From: Octopus bimaculoides
Lineage: Eukaryota
Length of the DNA stretch: 64,000 nt
Direction of reading: 5' to 3'
Assembly (NCBI RefSeq): GCF_001194135.2
Contig: NC_069004.1
Location: 3,315,632 to 3,379,631 of the forward strand
The translations under genes were made by a program, and so were the position numbers. Below the pieces are notes generated by a model. The model was not told the DNA's origin. It was given only the letters and a program-made list of their open reading frames with translations, and made no database searches. Each line of letters opens with the position of its first letter. Position 1 is the stretch's first letter. Below are positions 51,659 to 62,100 of this stretch, one piece after another.

Positions 51659-54600
51659 ATGAGAAAGAGAGAGGAGACAAGGAGAAAACATTACTACCCG
51701 GATTCAGACACATTATAACCAATCTATTAACATAGAACTGTATGGGGAGGGGGTTCATGATCTCTAATCAGAGTGAAAGATCGACATGCGGACAAGGGGC
51801 AGAAGGCAATGGGTGGGATAAAGAGCTGAGAAACAGTAATATACACAGCAGAGACATAAACGCACTTCAGGTTGAGGGTCCAGGTCGAGGCTCCGTGGTA
51901 GGATGCATTTTGTAATAGTGAGGTTTCAATAGTAAAAAAAAAATCTGGGTCCCAAAACAAATTTTATGACCGATGGGCAGAGAAAAGAGAGGACAGGGTT
52001 AGGGTTAGGGTAGAATTCCATTCTAGATAACAGAACTACAACAACAATAAGTAAAAATAAGGTTGACAACAATTTCCAACATTCTCCCCTACCTACCTAC
52101 CCACCTGTCTGTCTGTCTGTCTATGTTTATGTGACTGGTTGACTGCCCTAATGTGTTTCCCAGCCATGTTTTGAAATATATATCAAAACTATTCTTGATC
52201 CTTGTTTCAAAGACCTAAAACGTATTCAACAAACAATAATGCAGGCAGATACTGCACTATTTCAATAAGTTCAAAGCTTAAGAACAAAAGAGGGAGAGAG
52301 AGAGAGAATATGAGTACAACAGAGGGGGAGAAACACTATTAACTAATAGATATTAACCAGAATATATAATTATGACAAGAAGAATTCTCATGCATTGTTT
52401 AAAACTAAATCTTTTTTCATTTTTTTTTTTTTTTTTTTTATAGGGCATCATTTCAACTGAGGAAGCATGCTGCAAAAAGCTCAATATTAAATTAAGAAAG
52501 CAGATAGCATTTATTATTATTATTTTTTTTTAATTTGAAATTTCCTCTAAACATTTAAGTTTTTCAGTTTACACAAAAAAATAAATAAATAAATAAATAA
52601 AATAAAATAAAGTCATGTGGTGCAGTTTTTTTTATATGCAGGTTATATATGTGCAATGTGGTGAATTGGTGAAAAAAATTCTAATTTAGAATCTTCAAAA
52701 ATACTAAGCAAAGAATGGTTGTGTATGAATGGTGAGATTGGAATTTATCAACAAAAATATAGACAAGACAAATATAGACACAACTGGACAAAAATTACCA
52801 ACCCATTCCCACGGAATATTTCTCAGATAGAAAACTTGTTTTGAGTTGTTTTTTTATTTTATTTTATTTTATTTTTGCATACCCTTTTTCTAAAAACACA
52901 AAAACAAATCAGGGCTGGAGAAATTCATGACTATTTTATTTCTATCAAATGTAGCGCTAACTGGTCAGATGAATAAAATGTTGGGCCTAATGTGTTGAAA
53001 CGATGGATTTTGTAGGTAATAACCTGGCACCAAGCCCTCATCATGGCCAAGTTGAACGTTTTCACCTCAATCAAAAGGACAAAATGATGAGGAATTGATA
53101 TAGGCTTTTGACAAGCCTATACACTGGACAAAGACTAAATCTCCAGCAATGAGATTACGACCCAATGTGCTATTAAACTGTGGAAAGTTCAATTTTACGG
53201 AGTTGTTGTAGTTTATAGCCCAAGGTCAGCTTCAAATGAGCAACGGTACAACCAAAAGCATTCCAGCCACACCCGTCCTATCTTTTTGAATATATCTAGG
53301 TCTACATTCTTCCTTTACTGCTTCAGTCATTGGACTGCGACCATGCTGGGGCACAGCCTTGAAAGGGTTCACTTAAACAAATCAGCACCAGGATTTATTT
53401 CTAAGTCTGGTACTTATATTCTATCAGTTTCCTTTGTTAAGTTTTGGGGATGCAAACAAACCAACACCAGTTGTCAGGCAGTGGTAGACAAACACACACA
53501 CATATAATGACAAGTTTTCACACTGATTCTGTCTACCAAGTAAATTCACAATGCATAGGTTGACCTGGGGCTATAGTAGAAGACACCTGCCCAAGGCGCC
53601 ATGCAGTAGGACTGAACCTGGAACCATGAGTTTACAGAGTGAGCACCTTACCCACACAACCATGTCTGTACATTGTTCAATATGCTCTCTCCGTTTTTCA
53701 GACGTTAGAGCATTATTTGAGAGAAATTCGGGTCTCTCGTGATTTCTTATTCGAGAGGAAATTTCCATGCTCTTTATCAGTCGTTGAGTTGGCCCTTGTT
53801 TCATGCTTTGAATGATAGAAAGCTTTCCTGTCCGTAAGTTCCAGGTTACTCTGGTGGTTGAATGAATCTGGGAATGTGGATGCCAGGGGAAGACGTTTGG
53901 TGTATGGCAAGATACACAGGGCAAGCAAAGGGTTAACACTGCATAGGAGAAGACCCAGTAAATCAGTGCTTCTCAGCTAGGGTCCATATAATATTTGGGG
54001 GGGATCTAAGTGAGCAAAATAGTAAATTGGGGGTCAGCAAGTTGTATTTCATGGGCCTATGAAAAAAATTTTGCTTTAGATGTTGGGGGGGGGGGCATCC
54101 ACCTGTAANNNNNNNNNNTTTAGATGTTGGGGGGGGGGGCATCCACCTGTAAAAAGCACACCAAAACTGACCTTGTGCCATAAAAACCCTGCTAAACCGG
54201 ACACAGACGTCTGGTGCAGTCACCGGCCTGACCAGCTCCTATCAAACCATGTAACCCATACCAGCATGGAAGGCAGACGTTAAAGGATGATGATGTATTT
54301 ACTGCAAGGAACAACTACATTCCTTTCTCTTGTGTTTTACCTAAGTTTAGTTCAACATGTCTTTCTGGCCAGTGAAAGACGATCCCTCAAAGAGTTCTAA
54401 TGCAAACCTACACAGGAATTTCGAACTATTTTTTAAACATCAAATCACTATGGAAGGGTCCACCAGAGTAGAACAATAATCAAAGGCGTCCATGGGCAAA
54501 AAAAAAAAAGGTCATAAAACCCCCTGCGTTAAATAATGTGGTCTTCCTACTTCTAGAAAGATGGGATTGCCACAGCTGGAGTGCTTTTGATCATAGGTGT

Positions 54601-57600
54601 AGTTGAATCAGGACTGACCTGGGGCTTAACAATAACATCAACTATAACAAGATAGAACAGAAAAATGATTAAAGTTAAGGTGGTACTTTGGAATCGTGAA
54701 TACAAGATGAATAGTATGGCATTTAGTCTAGCACACAAGTTATGTGTGAGTGTGTGTGTAGCTAAAGATGCTGATCTGGGTAAGGAGAAAGAGAGAGAGG
54801 AAAAAAAAATAATAAGGACCATAAATAATATTGTAGTAGTAGTAGTATTTGGTTATTTAAAATTAGACAGAAACCTTTATTTAAACAAAGTATATATTAA
54901 CAAAAAAAAAAAAAACGAAACAGAAACAACAAACAACATTAAGAAAGAATAAAATTGAGCAGTGTACAAACTGCTTGAGACAGCAATTGACTGGGAGTCA
55001 TGTGGTATGTATATGTGTGTGAATGTGTATATATACATGTGTGTGTATGTATGATTGTATGCATGTGAGTGTAAATGTGTGTGCATATGTATGTGTGCAT
55101 GGATATGTATGTATGTGTGTGTGTATATATATATATCACTGTATCAATGTATGAGCATGTCTGCAGTATTTAACAAATATATATACATATATATGTGCAT
55201 GCGATATCTAAATATACACATATATTTANNNNNNNNNNNNNNNNNNNNNNNNNNNNNNNNNNNNNNNNNNNNNNNNNNNNNNNNNNNNNNNNNNNNNNNN
55301 NNNNNNNNNNNNNNNNNNNNNNNNNNNNNNNNNNNNNNNNNNNNNNNNNNNNNNNNNNNNNNNNNNNNNNNNNNNNNNNNNNNNNNNNNNNNNNNNNNNN
55401 NNNNNNNNNNNNNNNNNNNNNNNNNNNNNNNNNNNNNNNNNNNNNNNNNNNNNNNNNNNNNNNNNNNNNNNNNNNNNNNNNNNNNNNNNNNNNNNNNNNN
55501 NNNNNNNNNNNNNNNNNNNNNNNNNNNNNNNNNNNNNNNNNNNNNNNNNNNNNNNNNNNNNNNNNNNNNNNNNNNNNNNNNNNNNNNNNNNNNNNNNNNN
55601 NNNNNNNNNNNNNNNNNNNNNNNNNNNNNNNNNNNNNNNNNNNNNNNNNNNNNNNNNNNNNNNNNNNNNNNNNNNNNNNNNNNNNNNNNNNNNNNNNNNN
55701 NNNNNNNATAAATGAACAAAACCCACTCACTGAGGCTGGTTGATTCTCTGAGAAACTTACCATTTGGTTCTTGGCGAGATTTGAGATTAATAAGAAAAGA
55801 AAAGAAAAAAATATCTTTTCTCTTTTTTTTCTTTAATTTAATACTTTTCTCTCACATTTACAAAAAAAAAAAAAAAAAGATTTTCAAAGAACAAATGTAA
55901 TATAGATTCTTAAGGAAAAAATTAAATTCAAAACAGAATTAAAGAGAGAGAGAAAAAAAAATACATGGAGACCAAAGTTAGACCAACTTGTTTTTGTTAT
56001 AAAAAAACAAAATATAGTAAATCTAAATAGACTAAAGCACTGGACTAAACTGGATTGCCTAGATTCAATCAACTGTAGGAGGACGAAGGGGTCAGCATGT
56101 TCTCCCCACCCACCACAGTCTGATGTGGAGATCATACTTGAGCCTTCTCTGCCTCACTGGCTCAACATGGTTTGGCAGAGGGATGCAGTTGGTAACAGCA
56201 AGCCCAGTGCTTAACTGACCCTTTTCAGATTGACCCCAAAAGGACGGAAAGGAAAGCTAACCTTGACAGAATTTAATGTCAGAACATAATAATTCTTTCT
56301 AGTTTTGGTACAAGGCTAGCAACTTTGAGTAGAGTGGGTTAGTCACTTACATTGACCCCCAGTGTTTGACCGGTACCTATTTTATCAACACTGAAAGGAT
56401 CATAGGCAGAGTAGACCTTGGTGGAATTTAAATACAGAACATGAAGCTGGAAGAAATGCTGCTAAGCATTTTGTCCAGTGTGCCAATGATTCTGCTAGCT
56501 TGTCCCACTGGTGACCAATTCTTCCTTTGGAAAATTCAAATAAAAATAATTCTGAGAATCTTTTCTAATCATTATTTCTTGAAACTGCCAGATAAAAAAA
56601 CAAAAAAAAAAAAACAACAGTTGAGCCAGGGGTGACACATTTCAATGTATGTCAGTATAAAAGTAAAAGAGATATTTTACTAAACTCCAAGAAAAATCTA
56701 GATTCTATTGAAAATTTACTTGAAGTGCAACCAGCAGCTGACTCATAAAGAAAAAAAAAGAAAAAATTCATAAAAGTGATAAATGATTTCTTTCTAAGAT
56801 AGTCACTTTGTACTTTATGAGAATTCACCTGTCATCAAGTCAAAGAAAACAAATTAAAAGAAAAAAATAAGTTACTTTGTCCAAAGGAATCAACCACTGA
56901 TTGTATATAAGACAAATCAGTCACAGGACAACTACTACAGTGTAATAGTCAATCGATCAATTAATTAATTAATTAATAGCCTACTAACTGCAGGTGAAGC
57001 ATGGTCACTTTGATGTCTTCAGGTATGCAGGTTCAAAGTGTCTTAATCCAATCATGGAAGCAGCGATTATCTTACACAGAACAGTAGCTGCAGAATCAAA
57101 TACCTACACTCTAAATTTCTCATCTTTTTTCCATTTTAAATAATTAAGCAATTAAAATTCTTACAAAATAATCAATGTATCTACAAAATGAATGTCACAT
57201 ATGAACTGATCAGAAATGCAAAGCACTTTACACTGATGTGCTAACGCTCACACACACACACACACACACAGCTAACAGCAGTATTCCTGTTCAAAATGAT
57301 AAAAACGGTTAATGCAAATGAATACAATTGTTAAGGTAGGATTGATTAAAAAAGTGACGAGTCAATCATCAAACTTGCCATTACTTACCAGAAGAAAACA
57401 GATGTTGATTAGCTGAAAGTGAAAACAATGGATTATATCTGTTTACAAAAACAAAACCTGAGTGCGAACAAGAGACCAGCCAGCAATTATAAGACGCCAA
57501 GAATTTCTAAAAGACTCTAAAGATAATAGAGATGTTGATGAGAGAGATAACAGTGGTGGGCAGGACTGGATTGGCACTAAAGTGAAATATGCCACAGCTG

Positions 57601-59073
57601 AGAAGCCTTCACAATAATTTTGGAGTTTATCGTAATTTCCTACTATTAACCCTTTAGTGTTCAGATTACTCTGTTAAATGTAATACTTTTTCACTCAAAT
57701 CGTTTTGAATTAATCATGCATTATCTTATAGCTTTGAGGTTTCAATGATGTGATTGTTTATTTTCAGAATGTCAATGTAGGTCAGGTGTGAGAGGCTAGA
57801 TATCACCAGTTTGAATATAAAAACATGTAGAATATATTGGGCCCGATATGGCCGGTTTAAACACTAAAGGGTTAATACCATTTGTTTCTAGGCAAAAGAC
57901 CAGAAAGTTTGTCCAATTTTGTCAGTGTATCAGCCTTTAACTTTAGTAACAATTAAAATTAATTCTCTTAGAGTATTTAAAACAGTCATATCTGGCCCAA
58001 ATAATCAAACTGTTTTATGTTCAAAATGGCTAGATCCAACACTTCATGCCTGTCCTACAATGCCATTGTTAAAACAAACAATCAGATTATCAAACTCTTG
58101 AAGTGATTAAGATAATGCAGGATTAATTAAAAACAATGTGAATAAATAAGCATTAAGCCAGACAGAGTAATCGGAAAGCTAAAGAATTAACAAGGTTATC
58201 TACAAAAATGCATAATTTAGGTGGGAGTAGTCACTAAATCTGGCCTGGGGGNNNNNNNNNNNNNNNNNNNNNNNNNNNNNNNNGGGGGGGGGGGGTCGTG
58301 GTGGTGTTTGCAACCACAGAAGTTGACCAAAGACTTTTTGGAAGTGGAAGGAAAATAAAAGTCACAAATTTATTAAATACAGCCTTAAAAGTTCAGACTT
58401 TTTAGAAAATTTGACCAAAAACAGACACAAGAGGAGTGGGGAGAGATGGCCAATATACATATGAACAGATAATCATTACTAGTAGCGAATAGTAATTTGG
58501 CAGTAGCATTGTTGCTGGTGCAACTAATGAACAAAGACAATAAAAGAACTCAATACACACACACACACACACATATTTCCAAAGACACTTGCTCAAGGTC
58601 CCACTGCGAGGGAATTCTACTCTCGCCTTGGGCTAACCAAAGCCCTGTGAGTGGATTTGGTAGACAGAAACTGAAAGAAGCCTGTTGTGTATATATATGT
58701 GTATGTGTGTGTTTGTGTATCTGTGTTTGTCCCACCACCATCACTTGACAACTGATGTTGGTGTGTTCAAGCCCTTCAGTTTCAGATTACAATACAGTCA
58801 ATCTTATCATCACTATGACACCAAAGGGGGACTCAATATTTAACTGGAAGCCTTACTATTTATTTTGAGCATTGCATGGTTTACTAACCTGGGACAGAGC
58901 ACCTAGCTGCAACCAAACATCTGAAATAACATCCTAGTGTCACAATTATATATATATATATATATACACCAGGTTCAGATTGGAGCCTTGTGTAACCATC
59001 TGGTTCACCAGTCCTCAGTCAAATCGTCCAACCCATGCTAGCATGGAAAGCGGACGTTAAACGACGACAATGA

Positions 59074-59109
<36 letters not shown>

Positions 59110-62100
59110 AGAGAAAAGAACCAAAGTTCATGAACTCATCCATGAAAATCCACAGTCACATAATTGAGTTTTTACCTGTAAATTTGGATTTTTATCCCTA
59201 ATATTATCATTATTATATATATATATATATACATATANNNNNNNNNNNNNNNNNNNNNNNNNNNNNNNNNNNNNNNNNNNNNNNNNNNNNNNNNNNNNNN
59301 NNNNNNNNNNNNNNNNNNNNNNNNNNNNNNNNNNNNNNNNNNNNNNNNNNNNNNNNNNNNNNNNNNNNNNNNNNNNNNNNNNNNNNNNNNNNNNNNNNNN
59401 NNNNNNNNNNNNNNNNNNNNNNNNNNNNNNNNNNNNNNNNNNNNNNNNNNNNNNNNNNNNNNNNNNNNNNNNNNNNNNNNNNNNNNNNNNNNNNNNNNNN
59501 NNNNNNNNNNNNNNNNNNNNNNNNNNNNNNNNNNNNNNNNNNNNNNNNNNNNNNNNNNNNNNNNNNNNNNNNNNNNNNNNNNNNNNNNNNNNNNNNNNNN
59601 NNNNNNNNNNNNNNNNNNNNNNNNNNNNNNNNNNNNNNNNNNNNNNNNNNNNNNNNNNNNNNNNNNNNNNNNNNNNNNNNNNNNNNNNNNNNNNNNNNNN
59701 NNNNNNNNNNNNNNNNNNNNNNNNNNNNNNNNNNNNNNNNNNNNNNNNNNNNNNNNNNNNNNNNNNNNNNNNNNNNNNNNNNNNNNNNNNNNNNNNNNNN
59801 NNNNNNNNNNNNNNNNNNNNNNNNNNNNNNNNNNNNNNNNNNNNNNNNNNNNNNNNNNNNNNNNNNNATATATATATATATATATATCATATAATATATA
59901 TAAATATATATTATATATACATATATATTCTTCAATATTCTCAGAACCCCCTCAGTGAGTAGATTTGTTTAGAAATTTATCAATAAAAAGAAATAAATGA
60001 AATAACATGAAAAAGGAAGAAAAAAAACACTCACCAGAACTTTTCCTCATTAATCGAACATCTTTGACACTGAGTCCAATTATCATTAGTTCCGTCAAAA
60101 TCTACAAGATACAGAGAAAAATAAAATTACGAGTCATAACATGCATGCACCTACACACGCACACACAAACGAATATATGGAATCGGTAAGGTGGTGAGGT
60201 AGCAGAACTGATAGCAAACCAGGGCAAAATGCTTAGTGGCATTTATTCTGAGTTCAAATTCCACCGAGTTCAACTTAGCCTTTCAGCCTTTAGGGTGTTG
60301 ATAAAATAAGTACCAGCTGAGCAAAGGGGTCCGATGTAATCGACCAACTCCCTTCCCTGAAATTGCTGGCCTTGTACCAAAATTTGAAACCAATATATGG
60401 AATCAACCTTCGTTCACCTTTCACAACATTCAATCTCACCCCTGTTTTTTCATCATTTCTCACTCTCTCCTCACCTCCTCAGTGCCTTGAAGGTGTACCC
60501 TGATACCTCAACATCACCATCTTCATCTCTCCCCCTGGCTTCACACCACCAACCCACCATTCACTCACCCCATCCAATCCTCTACTATTTCTCTTATATC
60601 CACCTCCTTGTACCTGGAGAGCACGCCCTGTCACATCTTAGCCACCACCATCTTCTCGCGTTTCCAATACAGGTAGGCATACATCCCCTCCACAGCAAGA
60701 CCCCTGTTTCTGTCCCCACATCATACTTTAAGCTCTCATGACCTCATGTAAAGCCACCGCTTTCAGTTGAGGGCCCTTGTCTTGCAAGTTACTCGGGGGA
60801 ACACACAAATGCTGGTGCTTTGTAAAATAGTTGGCATCGTGAAGGGAATCCAGTTGTGGAAACCATGGTCAAAAAAATTTTTTTTTTTAAATGAAATTCA
60901 TTTTTCATATAAATCCATAGTTTAAAACACACTGTTTTTTGATTGGCTGAAAATTCGGAAACTTACCAAAACTTTGAACACTTGTAACATTTTTGCACAA
61001 TTTTTCCGGAATAAATGAATAATAAATTCAGATTCAGTGTTAAAATTTACATCTATTAAACAAAATTTTTTAAAGATAATTGTAAACAGGGAGGAAAACC
61101 ACAAAGATCTTAGATTTGTTATATATGTGTGTTTATCNNNNNNNNNNNNNNNNNNNNNNNNNNNNNNNNNNNNNNNNNNNNNNNNNNNNNNNNNNNNNNN
61201 NNNNNNNNNNNNNNNNNNNNNNNNNNNNNNNNNNNNNNNNNNNNNNNNNNNNNNNNNNNNNNNNNNNNNNNNNNNNNNNNNNNNNNNNNNNNNNNNNNNN
61301 NNNNNNNNNNNNNNNNNNNNNNNNNNNNNNNNNNNNNNNNNNNNNNNNNNNNNNNNNNNNNNNNNNNNNNNNNNNNNNNNNNNNNNNNNNNNNNNNNNNN
61401 NNNNNNNNNNNNNNNNNNNNNNNNNNNNNNNNNNNNNNNNNNNNNNNNNNNNNNNNNNNNNNNNNNNNNNNNNNNNNNNNNNNNNNNNNNNNNNNNNNNN
61501 NNNNNNNNNNNNNNNNNNNNNNNNNNNNNNNNNNNNNNNNNNNNNNNNNNNNNNNNNNNNNNNNNNNNNNNNNNNNNNNNNNNNNNNNNNNNNNNNNNNN
61601 NNNNNNNNNNNNNNNNNNNNNNNNNNNNNNNNNNNNNNNNNNNNNNNNNNNNNNNNNNNNNNNNNNNNNNNNNNNNNNNNNNNNNNNNNNNNNNNNNNNN
61701 NNNNNNNNNNNNNNNNNNNNNNNNNNNNNNNNNNNNNNNNNNNNNNNNNNNNNNNNNNNNNNNNNNNNNNNNNNNNNNNNNNNNNNNNCAAAAACAAAAT
61801 ATTAAAAAAAAAAAAGAAAAGAAAGAAGTAGATGCTGGCTGAGGGGCGAGTAGTTGGGTTACCAATAATAAAATGACCTCCAGTGTCCAATACACCAATT
61901 CATTAAATGAGAAAGATCAATCCACCGTCTAAAAGTGAAAGATTGCACAAGCAGCCGTTCTGCTAGAAATAGCAGCCAAACTAAAGAGCAAGTCCTTCAT
62001 TTCTTCCAAGTAGCCTTCTTGTTATTACTGTATACTGCCAAAGATGTTTTGTTCATGAAACCTGATGATTCTGGGTTCAGTCCCACTGCATGGCACCTTG

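Noticed and set aside
51996-52011. Telomere-like GGGTTAGGGTTAGGG
   Set aside because: Only about 2.5 units and three G-tracts; too short for an interstitial telomere or G-quadruplex call.
58402-58522. Phase-1 acceptor followed by a 41-codon ORF in the RBM5/10 intron
   Set aside because: Abuts a SINE microsatellite, has no donor, and hydrophobic random-looking translation; likely a chance acceptor.
2169-61898. Long ORFs full of X (e.g. 2169-3191, 32760-33710, 50622-51758, 60922-61890)
   Set aside because: Produced by N-gaps, which contain no stop codons. Only short flanks such as DEVLNKDP (3112-3090) and [13 protein letters not shown] (33670-33592) are real exon pieces.
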